Origin: a virus
Lineage: Duplodnaviria > Caudoviricetes
Reading direction: 5' to 3' (one strand)
DNA length: 51,336 nt
IMG/VR virus record: IMGVR_UViG_3300022930_000004
Location: 1-51,336 of that record
The notes under the pieces are model-generated. The model was not told the DNA's origin, did no database searches, and was given only the letters and a program-made list of their open reading frames with translations. The position numbers were made by a program, and so were the translations under genes. Of the stretch, positions 26,578 to 36,143 are shown in pieces. Each line of letters opens with the position of its first letter. Positions within the stretch are counted from its first letter, which is position 1.

Positions 26578-26925
26578 TTAAGTCTTATCGAAATTAATCT
26601 TACTCTCTATTACTAATGTCATGGTCTTATCTGATTTAACTATGAAAGTAGCGTAAATCCTAATAATTCTTTTTACTGCTTCTTCTGTGATATTAAGAAG
26701 TTCAGATATATCGACTATAGTTTTGCCTATAGCCGACATTTCGATTACCATTGATATTACATCTTTCTGCTTTTTTCTTCCAGACTGTTTGAGTAACCCT
26801 AATTCCTTTCTATCTAAATAGATCATCTTTTCTGTAACACCTAATATCAACCCCATTTCTGGATCTTTCATAGAAGTCCAGTTTGTTTTTATGAAATGAT
26901 ACCTATCAGATTTACTGGTTCTCAT
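26578..26925 (-). CDS. Putative HTH DNA-binding protein
   Basis: GKTIVDISELLNITEEAVKRII HTH-like segment. Confidence 0.55.
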   Translation of the reverse strand: MRTSKSDRYHFIKTNWTSMKDPEMGLILGVTEKMIYLDRKELGLLKQSGRKKQKDVISMVIEMSAIGKTIVDISELLNITEEAVKRIIRIYATFIVKSDKTMTLVIESKINFDKT

Positions 26926-27770
26926 AAGGATTCTATAAACCTCCTGATCTCATCAACACGCCTCTCAACGTTACCCATGCAAGAACGATCCCTGTCTAAT
27001 GCGAAACGCTTAACCCTTAGATCCAATGAAAAATTTGAATAAGTCATTGACGCTTTTATTTCGTCATACAGCTCAACCTCCATTTCTTCTAAACCTAGCT
27101 CATACATTCTTATACGACACTCTCTCTCTACCATTCTTTCAGGAGCATCCATAAGCGTATAGACTAATCCAAATTGACTACGGTCGTAAAGCTCTAAATA
27201 TCCTTGGCCTTGCCAACCGTAACCATCTATAGGAATCTCTTTATTGAATAAAGGAAATGTGTCTTGTGACCAGGAGTTTTTGATGTCCTCTACGGTATCG
27301 GTATTTTCCGGTAAAACATCGCATTCACCTGTTAAGTAGTCATTCCATTTAGGCTCAGTATTTTTTACAGCCCCTTTCCATCCGTAATAATCAGCAGCAA
27401 GGATTATAGAATCTTTTTCGCATTCATTTCCTTTTTCAGTGTATTTTGATCTGAAATTTGTCAGTCTTCCATAAAATTCAGGCTGAGACTTAAGCCATTT
27501 GTACACATGCTCAATACATGTTTTAGACAAATGAATACGATCAGCATTAAGCTTAAGAAGGTCGGTTTTTAAATGAAGGTTAGCTACGTTATCTACTAAT
27601 TTCGCGTAAGTTGCTGTTTCTTTATTTTTCGATTCCGAAATCCTTTTCTCCTTCTCAGCTATACTTTTCATGTGATCTGATAGTATCAGTTTAGGGTGTT
27701 TCTCTTTTGGTTCTGAAAGGATAGCTCCAATCCCAGAACACCTTGCTTTAAACTGTTTCGATAACTGCAT
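26922..27770 (-). CDS. YqaJ/lambda-exonuclease-like PD-(D/E)XK nuclease
   Basis: RCS..KG.E.E..TGECD..DIK.SW..Y.WQ.QGY motifs. Confidence 0.75.
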   Translation of the reverse strand: MQLSKQFKARCSGIGAILSEPKEKHPKLILSDHMKSIAEKEKRISESKNKETATYAKLVDNVANLHLKTDLLKLNADRIHLSKTCIEHVYKWLKSQPEFYGRLTNFRSKYTEKGNECEKDSIILAADYYGWKGAVKNTEPKWNDYLTGECDVLPENTDTVEDIKNSWSQDTFPLFNKEIPIDGYGWQGQGYLELYDRSQFGLVYTLMDAPERMVERECRIRMYELGLEEMEVELYDEIKASMTYSNFSLDLRVKRFALDRDRSCMGNVERRVDEIRRFIESL

Positions 27771-28260
27771 CTTCTATTGATTTAATGATTTCTCCTGAAA
27801 CAGTATACTTTGACTTAAGAAAATCAATAGCGGCCTCTTTAGTCGTTCTTCCTTTTATTACGGCTTCTAAAGTTCCGGCATGAGCCTTACTATTTAAAGG
27901 TAAATCGGGAAGAGCTATTTTTGGCGCAACATCACGAACCCTCAAAGCTTCCATGTTTTCGCCGAACGCCCTTATTTTGATAACGTACAGGGTTATTGGT
28001 TTACCAATCCAGTCCTCTATGAATGGACTTCCTAATGCTTTGGTGATGTTTTTAGCGTTAACGCTATTGACAATCATAGGCTTTTGACCTTTAAGGTAAA
28101 GAACCATGCCTTGGTTTTTTTCAGCGTTCTTTAGTTCTTCTTTTTTTACACCTTCAATAACAGCTACCATTTCATTTGTGGTACCGTCACCATTCATTAA
28201 TTCAAATGCTCCGATGTAGTTCACATCACGGACTTTTTTGTAATGAGTCTTTTGTTCCAT
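27748..28260 (-). CDS. Putative ssDNA-binding/annealing protein
   Basis: Y(I)GA..KPMI.N..N.K.I....GS..IEDW.G..I.L..ALR pattern; adjacent to the exonuclease. Confidence 0.6.
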   Translation of the reverse strand: MEQKTHYKKVRDVNYIGAFELMNGDGTTNEMVAVIEGVKKEELKNAEKNQGMVLYLKGQKPMIVNSVNAKNITKALGSPFIEDWIGKPITLYVIKIRAFGENMEALRVRDVAPKIALPDLPLNSKAHAGTLEAVIKGRTTKEAAIDFLKSKYTVSGEIIKSIEDAVIETV

Positions 28261-28305
28261 TTTACTTTTCTTTAGGGAGGCGTTTTAAACCTCGGTTATT
28301 TTTAT

Positions 28306-28351
28306 GCAATTTAAATTTATTATTAGATTATGAATGTAACGATACAGTTAC
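28306..28351 (-). promoter_or_regulatory. Promoter for the recombination genes with GTAAC box
   Basis: Minus-strand TAAATTGC 28306-28313, 22 nt from GTAAC-gataca-GTTAC 28336-28351. Confidence 0.65.
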
Positions 28352-28520
28352 TCTATCCTTTTAGCCAACTCAATCATGTAAGGCTTAACTGACTGTTTTA
28401 CCGCTTTACTTAATCCGATACCCATCTGTTTACCTACATCAGTTTTAAACTTAACCTTTTCGAGTCGCTTAAACTGTTCGAATATTAGTCGAATCAGCTT
28501 TTTGTCGTGTTCGGTGCCGG

Positions 28521-29252
28521 TCATATATTGCTTATTGTTTTGTAAGCATGAATCATATCTTCTAAATCTGATGGAGATATGTTTATACTGTTACTTCCGT
28601 CAAATATCTTTATTAGATCAACATGAACATTAGCGTTTTTTCCGTTGTGAAGCTTAACTTCTATAGATTTGGGCTTGTTTTGTTCCTGAATCCAAGCTTC
28701 GGCGGCTTCACGGGTGGAGAATTTAGCCCAGTAGTAGATTCCTTTTTCGTCTTTATAATGACTCTCGTGCAACTGTCCAGTACCTACCTCTACGAGTTTC
28801 TCTTCGATTTCAGTATTTGAAAAATCAATAGGGTTGCCAATCCTTGTTTTAACTAAAAAAACCTTGTCGTTCTCGTAAACAGGCGCTCCGTCAACTGTGT
28901 GGTATAAAATCACAGGCACTTTAATCCCAACCTCAGCAGCGAAGTCTGAGAATGACACTCCAGAATAACCCTTTTCGTTTAAATCAAAACCTTCGTCGCA
29001 CCCAATTTCAAGTTGAAGGTACTCTGATTGATACGCAACAAATGTGTTATTATCATTAGGTTCATATAGTCTAGTTTGCCACCTCTTACTCTTATAATGC
29101 TCCATCAGCAACTTGAACTCACGCTCATTGTTAACTTGGATAGCGCATTTGCCTGACAGTATTGATCGTTTCTCTAGCTCAGCACTGAGAGCCTTGCTAA
29201 GCATTTCTTTTGCCTCCTCTAATTTTTCTAGGGCTTCTCTAAGTCTATCCAT
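28521..29252 (-). CDS. Hypothetical protein
   Basis: 243-aa ORF in the leftward early operon. Confidence 0.75.
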   Translation of the reverse strand: MDRLREALEKLEEAKEMLSKALSAELEKRSILSGKCAIQVNNEREFKLLMEHYKSKRWQTRLYEPNDNNTFVAYQSEYLQLEIGCDEGFDLNEKGYSGVSFSDFAAEVGIKVPVILYHTVDGAPVYENDKVFLVKTRIGNPIDFSNTEIEEKLVEVGTGQLHESHYKDEKGIYYWAKFSTREAAEAWIQEQNKPKSIEVKLHNGKNANVHVDLIKIFDGSNSINISPSDLEDMIHAYKTISNI

Positions 29253-29390
29253 CTTATCTAATTTTTATAACTCCGTACTCAATCAACAACACCAACATTC
29301 CGATAGCTAAAGCAGCTACGGCCACACACTGAACAACCGGAAAAGGTTTTACTGGCCTATCCTGATGGATGTAAATAGGTTTTTTGTTTT

Positions 29391-29819
29391 TCATTTCTCT
29401 ACTGTATTAATATCAACAGCTAAACCTTGGCCTATAAGGTCGTTTATGTCGAACAGGTTTTCGATTAGATATTGCGCAGCCTTATAAGGCATCGCACTTA
29501 TGGAAACATCATCTTCGTATTCTCCTCCCTCTATTTCAATTATGAATTCTCTTTTCTGGTCATCATACGAAATCAATCCGCTGAATATCCATTTAAGATC
29601 CATCAAAGTATCTTCCTTATTTAAATCTACCATCGGCCTCAATCTTGGCTTAATATCCGACACAGCACAATACATTCCGTATGTACGAGTTCTGCCTTTA
29701 ACATTAACGGAATCCATTGATATAGTATCCAATTCTTTTACCTCTCCTTGTGTATCTAGGAAAGTTAGTCCGTATGGCAGATACATCGCTATATCAGATA
29801 CTTGTAGTTCTGTTTTCAT
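29391..29819 (-). CDS. Hypothetical phage protein, paralog of 781..1176
   Basis: Shared N- and C-terminal motifs. Confidence 0.75.
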   Translation of the reverse strand: MKTELQVSDIAMYLPYGLTFLDTQGEVKELDTISMDSVNVKGRTRTYGMYCAVSDIKPRLRPMVDLNKEDTLMDLKWIFSGLISYDDQKREFIIEIEGGEYEDDVSISAMPYKAAQYLIENLFDINDLIGQGLAVDINTVEK

Positions 29820-29988
29820 GACCCAAACCCCTTCCTGCTTTCTGCCATTACAACAACTAAAGCGTCTTGCAATTCACATTTAATTCCGGACAGCTTAATC
29901 GACCTATCGATATTACCGTCCTTAATAGCTAACTGATCTTCTTTGTCAAGTTCAGCTATTCTGTTTCTAAGGTATTTTTCTATTGCGT

Positions 29989-30186
29989 TCATATTTTTGA
30001 TAAGATTAAATTTCTTGCTTTCATGTAGGCTGTTTCTTTGATTACTGACTCCTTAAACCTGTTAGAGTTGAGTGGTGCTGAATTCTGAGTATCTCTTTCA
30101 CCCTTAATGAGATTATCCAACTCCTGAATGATCTCGTAAACATCCTGATTAGATAACGATGCGTTTGGTTTTTTCTGTGCGCTCAT
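29989..30186 (-). CDS. Hypothetical protein
   Basis: Packed ORF. Confidence 0.55.
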   Translation of the reverse strand: MSAQKKPNASLSNQDVYEIIQELDNLIKGERDTQNSAPLNSNRFKESVIKETAYMKARNLILSKI

Positions 30187-30187
30187 G

Positions 30188-30466
30188 TTATTCCCCTCCC
30201 AAAATTACCAACCTGTAATATTCAGAACAAGCTAAATCCCAATTAGCCTCAACGTCTAACCACTCACTTACAGGGGTTTCAACATCGTACTCACATGATG
30301 AAGGATCACAAGCTAAACCCGAACCGCATGATTCTAAGTTCATGTTGTGTCTTTCAACGAAAGCTTCTAATTGAGTTGTAGTCAAGTGATTTTGATGACC
30401 GTTAGACAAGTGAAGTGTAACTAATCCTTTTGATTCTTCTGATAATTTGATTGTTGGAGTATTCAT
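30188..30466 (-). CDS. Hypothetical acidic protein, first gene of the leftward early operon
   Basis: Start moved to ATG 30466, which follows an A-rich tract. Confidence 0.6.
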   Translation of the reverse strand: MNTPTIKLSEESKGLVTLHLSNGHQNHLTTTQLEAFVERHNMNLESCGSGLACDPSSCEYDVETPVSEWLDVEANWDLACSEYYRLVILGGE

Positions 30467-30597
30467 GATTTTGTTTTTTTGTTTGTTTCTATAGTACAAG
30501 TATCGGGACAATAAATCATATATGCAAGAAATATTTAAATAAAATTTATTTATTTTTTATTTCTCATTTATTCAGAAATTATTTACTACATTTGTAT

Positions 30598-30765
30598 ATG
30601 TTAAAAACAAAAACAATAAGAATAGACGACAAGTTGCACGAGGCTGCAAGGCTATACGTCACTACATTAGGTATTAGTGGTGGTTTTTCTGCTTATATCC
30701 AGGGGTTGATTGTTAATGATTTTAAAAAGAATGGTGTTAAATTGCCGAAGGAGGATAAGCAATGA
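30598..30765 (+). CDS. Ribbon-helix-helix-like regulator (55 aa), first gene of the rightward early operon
   Basis: Manual translation MLKTKTIRIDDKLHEAARLYVTTLGISGGFSAYIQGLIVNDFKKNGVKLPKEDKQ; ATG is 3 nt after TACATTTG. Confidence 0.65.
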   Translation: MLKTKTIRIDDKLHEAARLYVTTLGISGGFSAYIQGLIVNDFKKNGVKLPKEDKQ

Positions 30766-30855
30766 CCCTAAAAAACCTAACAACCGCCCTAATGATCATC
30801 GGCCTTACTTTAGTCGTTTACTATGTAGGTACTGAGATGGTTAAACACATTTTTA

Positions 30856-31062
30856 ATGATGGCTATTATGAATAAGGTAGAAATAAATTGCACTTCAACA
30901 ATGGGCGGCGACAAAATGATAATAGAGCAAGGCGCTAGATCTAGCGAACTGTCTATTTCAGTTCTTGAAGATCGTTTATTCAAAGATCCCACCACAATAA
31001 CAATCGGCAAGTATGAGGCTGAGGAAATCATCAATGCCTTAAAGGTAAAATTCGACTTATGA
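30856..31062 (+). CDS. Hypothetical protein
   Basis: ORF in the rightward operon. Confidence 0.55.
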   Translation: MMAIMNKVEINCTSTMGGDKMIIEQGARSSELSISVLEDRLFKDPTTITIGKYEAEEIINALKVKFDL

Positions 31063-31198
31063 CTAAAACTCAAAGAACTGACATGCTGAAAGATGTTATA
31101 TCTGATCGCATACGTTCAGCAGCTTACAGGGCTTGGTTTATCCTTAGTTTAAAACCAACAGAAACAGGAACAATTTTTAAAACATTAAATAGATTGAA

Positions 31199-31597
31199 AT
31201 GAAAATACCAAGCAAGGAAGAAATCACTCACAGACAAACATGTTGTAAGTGTAAGGGTCGTACCGCTTTAGTTTCAGGTTTCTGGTTCTATACTCCTGAC
31301 CAAGAACCCTATGAAAATGGTAAAGAGGAAGACTCAGAAGTAGGGGATTCAGAAGCATATATGAATGGATTTGTTTGTGATGAATGTAATACGATACAAG
31401 GTGTATTTATCGATGAACAAAAATATTTGTCAGCAATGCATGCATTACAAGCCAAATCCGACCGGCTGCAAGCTGAATTGGAGCAGGTCAAGGCGGAGAG
31501 GGAAATGTATGAGAAAGCATTTTTTGAGTTAGCTGATAAACTGGACATCAGAACCAGAACTGAAACCCTTAAAGCCCTTCAATCAACCAAACAGTAA
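31199..31597 (+). CDS. Zn-binding/coiled-coil hypothetical protein
   Basis: CCKC..CDEC followed by heptad repeats. Confidence 0.6.
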   Translation: MKIPSKEEITHRQTCCKCKGRTALVSGFWFYTPDQEPYENGKEEDSEVGDSEAYMNGFVCDECNTIQGVFIDEQKYLSAMHALQAKSDRLQAELEQVKAEREMYEKAFFELADKLDIRTRTETLKALQSTKQ

Positions 31598-31814
31598 GAT
31601 TATGTCGAAAGCAAAAGATGCAGTAAGATTTGTTCGCCAACAGCAAGTAAAAGCTATGGAAGATACAATCTATGCGAGAAAACACAATTTTGAATTTGAA
31701 GCGCTTGCTTCTGCAAAACTTGAAAAACAATTGGGCGATATAGCAATGAAGCTCGAAGATATTTTGGGAACCTGATATGTCGGCCACAATTAAAATCACA
31801 AACTAAATAGAGGA

Positions 31815-32078
31815 ATGATGAAAAAATCAGCAGTATATTTTGGAGTTATCTTATTTATATTATTTGGATGCTCAACTGAGCCCATGGACACAAGTAAAAT
31901 TGATAAATATAAATCAGGCGATACGGTTTTTGCTCAGGGAACATTAAGCCCTGTAAGAATAGTTATAGTGAGGAAGTTCGATAAGGAGCAAATCGCAGAA
32001 ATAAAGTACCTGTCTGATGGGGAGGTTGTTTATAAAAGCTACGAGGACATAAACCATTATTTACCTGAAAAATACTAA
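31815..32078 (+). CDS. Putative lipoprotein
   Basis: MKK, hydrophobic stretch and LFGC lipobox. Confidence 0.7.
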   Translation: MMKKSAVYFGVILFILFGCSTEPMDTSKIDKYKSGDTVFAQGTLSPVRIVIVRKFDKEQIAEIKYLSDGEVVYKSYEDINHYLPEKY

Positions 32079-32083
32079 AAACC

Positions 32084-32239
32084 ATGAAAATAAATTACAT
32101 TTTAATTGGCCTTGCCCTATTGCTTTCCGCTTGCAAATCATGCGAGCTAAGCGGTGCTAGTGGCGAAAGAAAATGCGACAACCCAATGTACAAAGGAAGT
32201 TGCTGTTATAAAGGCATAGACACCTGTAAATATGAGTAA
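32084..32239 (+). CDS. Small Cys-rich putative lipoprotein (51 aa)
   Basis: Manual translation MKINYILIGLALLLSAC-KSCELSGASGERKCDNPMYKGSCCYKGIDTCKYE; LSAC lipobox. Confidence 0.65.
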   Translation: MKINYILIGLALLLSACKSCELSGASGERKCDNPMYKGSCCYKGIDTCKYE

Positions 32240-32762
32240 CATGAAAATAATTTCAACAGGCGCAGCAGATATACTGCTGCTGGATTTGCCGGAGGGGTCA
32301 AGAGAACTTAAGGTCTTCAATGATGAAAAGCCATATCTTTCATTCTTTGAAGGACATACTACGCCTAGAATTTATCTCCCTGAAGGCTACAACTACACCA
32401 TTTTAGACGTGTCTGATAAAATGACAGAGGAGCAATGGCAATCGATACTGCCTAATTATGGAGGTAAGATATTCGACTATGATCTTAAGCATTATAATAG
32501 CTATCCAGATTATGAATTTGCAAATCACCCATTTGAAAGTAAGTTCTTCGGTACAGCTATAGAATCCGGGCACTCACTTCTCAAGTCCCAAGGCATATTG
32601 CTTGAGAATCCTTTTGGAGATAAAAGACCAAAAGATTGTTTTTATGCAGAAAATAAAAATGGTTATAGAGAGAAAATTTACGATGGATTTCAAAAAAAAT
32701 GGGATGAATACCAATCCAAAGTCAAAAACCCACTGGTAATTAAAGCAGAGAAAATCACTTAA
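32232..32762 (+). CDS. Hypothetical protein
   Basis: 176-aa ORF. Confidence 0.7.
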   Translation: MSNMKIISTGAADILLLDLPEGSRELKVFNDEKPYLSFFEGHTTPRIYLPEGYNYTILDVSDKMTEEQWQSILPNYGGKIFDYDLKHYNSYPDYEFANHPFESKFFGTAIESGHSLLKSQGILLENPFGDKRPKDCFYAENKNGYREKIYDGFQKKWDEYQSKVKNPLVIKAEKIT

Positions 32763-33342
32763 CTACCCCGTAAACAATCAATCCACCCAAAATAGCCCCA
32801 GCAAAAAACTTCCATCCGGTTTTCTTTTGTTGGGGTTTTACATAAAACGATTCCAGTTCTACGACTTTCAATCCTTTAAATGAATGATTAGCATTCAACC
32901 TGAAATCTTTACCTATAGAATACCTAACTGTATCTACAGCAGACAAAGCCATACGGGTACTGTCAGGCCACGATGTAATATTAGCTGTATAATCCTTGGT
33001 TTTAACTGCTGCATTCCTTATATCGCTTCTAATTGAGTCAGTATTTACGACTACGGTATCAATACGCCATTCGACTACAGTTTTAATGCCCGTTTTAGCA
33101 CCTTTTTTCACCATTTCAGCTAGTTTAGCATCTTTTACGGCTAATTCATGCCTTAACATTTCAACATCTTCAGCGGCAAAAACAGCTTTGCTTACTGATC
33201 CGTCCGGCTCTTTTCGCAAAGTGTCGTTTCTTGCGGTTGATATTTGATCCACATCAGACTTTAAAGGTGAACCTTTGCGCCAAAACAAGGCGACGACCAA
33301 TAATGCGATTACGATATACGGGATACTATTTTTTAGTGTCAT
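32755..33342 (-). CDS. Putative spanin-like lysis protein
   Basis: N-terminal TM, coiled coil, beta-rich middle and C-terminal hydrophobic helix; last gene of the lysis cassette. Confidence 0.55.
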   Translation of the reverse strand: MTLKNSIPYIVIALLVVALFWRKGSPLKSDVDQISTARNDTLRKEPDGSVSKAVFAAEDVEMLRHELAVKDAKLAEMVKKGAKTGIKTVVEWRIDTVVVNTDSIRSDIRNAAVKTKDYTANITSWPDSTRMALSAVDTVRYSIGKDFRLNANHSFKGLKVVELESFYVKPQQKKTGWKFFAGAILGGLIVYGVVK

Positions 33343-33589
33343 CGGATTGATTTTTAATGTCAGGAATGCTAGAGCTCATGTTTACTATAGCTTCGTCCTT
33401 CTTTGCGCTTGACTGGCTAGAACCAAAGAAATAGTTTAGTACTTGTGTTAAAGCCGCTACTATAGCGATTATAACTTGCGGATCAGATTGAGCCTTTCCC
33501 TGAAAATAGGTTATGAAGAAATAGGAAAACGAAAGCACTACCACGAAGAACGCAATAATCACCTTCAGTAGTTCGGTGTTTATTTTCAT
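33326..33589 (-). CDS. Putative holin (2 TM)
   Basis: Two TM helices with YFFGSS..S..KD motif; next to the endolysin. Confidence 0.75.
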   Translation of the reverse strand: MKINTELLKVIIAFFVVVLSFSYFFITYFQGKAQSDPQVIIAIVAALTQVLNYFFGSSQSSAKKDEAIVNMSSSIPDIKNQSDDTKK

Positions 33590-33591
33590 GG

Positions 33592-34035
33592 TTATTTGCC
33601 TTTAAGTTGGAAATGTGGCTTATCCCACCCTTTAGGAAGAGTTTTTGTTGCGGGAAAATTACCGCCCCATTCGATAGCGATACCTAAGCAAGTAGCCGTA
33701 GCCATGATATGAGCTGCAATGATCGGTAACTGTTTGCCTTTGTCATTAAAGTCAATAGCTCCGTTTACGTACGGGTAAAGATCTACGGCGTGCCCAAAAT
33801 TATCTGATTTAACTTGATGGTTTGACTTATTTTTAACTCCATCTGCATTAGTGACAATCCCTCCTGGTTTTGTTCTTCCTTTAGCGTATAGCGCCTGTTG
33901 TTGTGCTGTGGTTCTTACTCCATCAGTTATGGTAAAGTCAACCGGTGTGTTTACGATTGCAGCTTTCATTACTTTCACTAAGTCGGGATGAATTCCTTTT
34001 AGAGTATTTAAACTCTGATTTCCAAATGATGCCAT
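33592..34035 (-). CDS. Endolysin, M15 family L-Ala-D-Glu peptidase
   Basis: L.GIHPDL..G.RT..QQ..LY..GR..SNH...AVD..WGG..D.PHFQL motifs. Confidence 0.92.
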   Translation of the reverse strand: MASFGNQSLNTLKGIHPDLVKVMKAAIVNTPVDFTITDGVRTTAQQQALYAKGRTKPGGIVTNADGVKNKSNHQVKSDNFGHAVDLYPYVNGAIDFNDKGKQLPIIAAHIMATATCLGIAIEWGGNFPATKTLPKGWDKPHFQLKGK

Positions 34036-34036
34036 A

Positions 34037-34396
34037 TTATTTATTTTTAGTAACCTTAAAAAAGAACCTATAAGTGGCGAATATCGCAGACCACAATACC
34101 ACGTTAGTATATAACATTAATTCAGGCCTCACAAACATGTTGCCTCTGCTGAATGGTGGTATCAGAAATAGTATTGTAGGACACAAAGAAGCAACCAATA
34201 ACATACTCCAAAAGTAAACCGGATTATCCTTCATCCATTCCTTATACCTTTTATCGCCCCTTATCCATCCGTTAACTGTAATCCAGTAAATACCACGACC
34301 GTCAAGTCTTACTGATGAAACAAATCGGGTAGCCATGAATACTATTCCTATCATTAAGCAGATTAAAATGAATCCCGAAAGCTGTTCTAATGTCAT
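34037..34396 (-). CDS. Membrane protein (about 3 TM) in the lysis cassette
   Basis: Hydrophobic helices; coupled to neighbours. Confidence 0.65.
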   Translation of the reverse strand: MTLEQLSGFILICLMIGIVFMATRFVSSVRLDGRGIYWITVNGWIRGDKRYKEWMKDNPVYFWSMLLVASLCPTILFLIPPFSRGNMFVRPELMLYTNVVLWSAIFATYRFFFKVTKNK

Positions 34397-34839
34397 GATA
34401 TATCCTCCTGTTCTTCTGTCGTTTGATTGGGAGCGGATTTAACACTTTCAGTAGCAAGAAACGTGCTTAACTTAATTCTTAACCATTGTTTTATTCCGTC
34501 TTTACCTATAACCTCGAATTGGCCGACTAAGAATGTAGCGAAAAGACTGTTTAGGAATAAGTAAATCTCGAATCCGTCACGACCTTTTGGGAACATATAA
34601 TTCCAAACCAATATTGTAAAGAACGACCAGCTTATCGTGCATATCGATTGATACATCAATGAAGCCCATGTAAGCCTATGTTTTCTATGCTCCATTCCAA
34701 GTCTAAGAACGAACGCTAATATAATACATAAAGAATACCAAGCCCAAAGCATAGGGTTTACTATTGCGAAAGGTATGGCTATCACGTTCAGTATTACAAA
34801 ATCCAAAGTAGCGTAGACTATCTTCATTGTGATATTCAT
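34393..34839 (-). CDS. Membrane protein (3-4 TM), possible holin/antiholin
   Basis: Hydrophobic helices with a charged C-terminal tail. Confidence 0.65.
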   Translation of the reverse strand: MNITMKIVYATLDFVILNVIAIPFAIVNPMLWAWYSLCIILAFVLRLGMEHRKHRLTWASLMYQSICTISWSFFTILVWNYMFPKGRDGFEIYLFLNSLFATFLVGQFEVIGKDGIKQWLRIKLSTFLATESVKSAPNQTTEEQEDIS

Positions 34840-35177
34840 GACTTGTTATTTATTGCGCAATGGACAAGGAATGTAACAAATCCTAAACCTAGTATGTAGG
34901 CCATTATGTCGGTATGCCCTATCGAGTATCCTTCGCCTTTATATATGCACCAAACAACATAAAAGCATTGAGATATACAGAAGTATTTTATGTACTCCAA
35001 AAGAAGCCGTCCTGACTCCTTGAATGATTCTACGTTTCTAGCTTCATAACATAAGTAAGCTATAAAGCCGTATTGGGTTATAAGGTTTAATCCTCCCCAA
35101 AACCTGCTATCATCAGCTAAAGGAGTTAAGTAGGCTATGTTTAACATAACAAAAGAAAACAGGACGGCATTCCTCAT
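34836..35177 (-). CDS. Membrane protein (about 4 TM)
   Basis: Hydrophobic helices; ATGA coupling. Confidence 0.65.
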   Translation of the reverse strand: MRNAVLFSFVMLNIAYLTPLADDSRFWGGLNLITQYGFIAYLCYEARNVESFKESGRLLLEYIKYFCISQCFYVVWCIYKGEGYSIGHTDIMAYILGLGFVTFLVHCAINNKS

Positions 35178-35178
35178 T

Positions 35179-35289
35179 CTAGCTGGTCACTTGATCTTCA
35201 ATCGGATCTCCTGTTTCAGGATCAGTAACTGGTTTAGGTTGATCTAAGTCTTCGTCTTTTCTAGGATCTGGTTTTACAGGATCTGGCAT
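35179..35289 (-). CDS. Pro/Asp-rich peptide (36 aa) heading the lysis operon
   Basis: Manual translation MPDPVKPDPRKDEDLDQPKPVTDPETGDPIEDQVTS; stop is 1 nt before the next ATG. Confidence 0.55.
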   Translation of the reverse strand: MPDPVKPDPRKDEDLDQPKPVTDPETGDPIEDQVTS

Positions 35290-35317
35290 AACTTTAGTTT
35301 AATGGTGTAACAATCCT

Positions 35318-35385
35318 TAAAGTTAAGCAATATTTGTAACAATCAGGTTACATAAGAAAAGCTAGTGTTTTATCTCGTATGTTTG
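35318..35385. promoter_or_regulatory. Divergent promoters with central GTAAC box
   Basis: Minus-strand TAACTTTA 35318-35325; GTAAC-aatcag-GTTAC 35336-35351; plus-strand TATGTTTG 35378-35385. Confidence 0.7.
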
Positions 35386-35938
35386 TTTCAGAGAGCGTTA
35401 ATTTAGATTCCATAGTTATCCGGATGGATGCTACGGTTTTTTACCTTTAAATCAACATGAAATGAAACAGATCGAATCAATGAAGTACAATACATTAGAA
35501 AGAATATGCCTTATTATGGTGGCTATTTTATTTACTATTTTAGTAGTATTATTGTCATGAGGTTGCTACTATATCTTGCGCTAGTCATAATAATAATTTG
35601 TGTTATAGGAATAATTTTAACCTCATTCCAATGATAAAAGTAATACTACACAAGCCTCACAACGGGCAAACATATATTTGTTGCAATCATTGCTACCCGA
35701 TGGATTTCGTTGATAAAAAAGGCAATTCGTATGAGATTTTGGTATTGGTTTACAGAAAAGGAGTAGAAGAAACTCTCTATATGAATCAGGTGAAACATAT
35801 AGAGAGTGCTCAGGAATATAGGATAGATTAGTTTAAAAATGTAAGCATACGTTTCATGTTGTTTTTTAGGTAAATGTAGCAAATATCTGTAATAACAAAA
35901 AAGCCCCTCATGACGAAGAGCTTTGAAAGCAAAAACAT

Positions 35939-36142
35939 TTAATTTTTATCTGATTCGATAATTGACTTTTCAATAATTTTTAACTCTTTTTTACTTAGAG
36001 ATTTAACGTATAAATCTCCAATAAATGAGTTATGAATTTCTGATTCTGTCATTCCTTGAGAAACCAATTCATTAATCTTATCAATGTTTTCCTCTACAAC
36101 TTTTTTGTACCTTTCTCCAAAGGTTTGAATATAAAATTCCAT
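35939..36142 (-). CDS. Hypothetical protein
   Basis: Follows the SGNH gene by 1 nt. Confidence 0.55.
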   Translation of the reverse strand: MEFYIQTFGERYKKVVEENIDKINELVSQGMTESEIHNSFIGDLYVKSLSKKELKIIEKSIIESDKN

Positions 36143-36143
36143 A

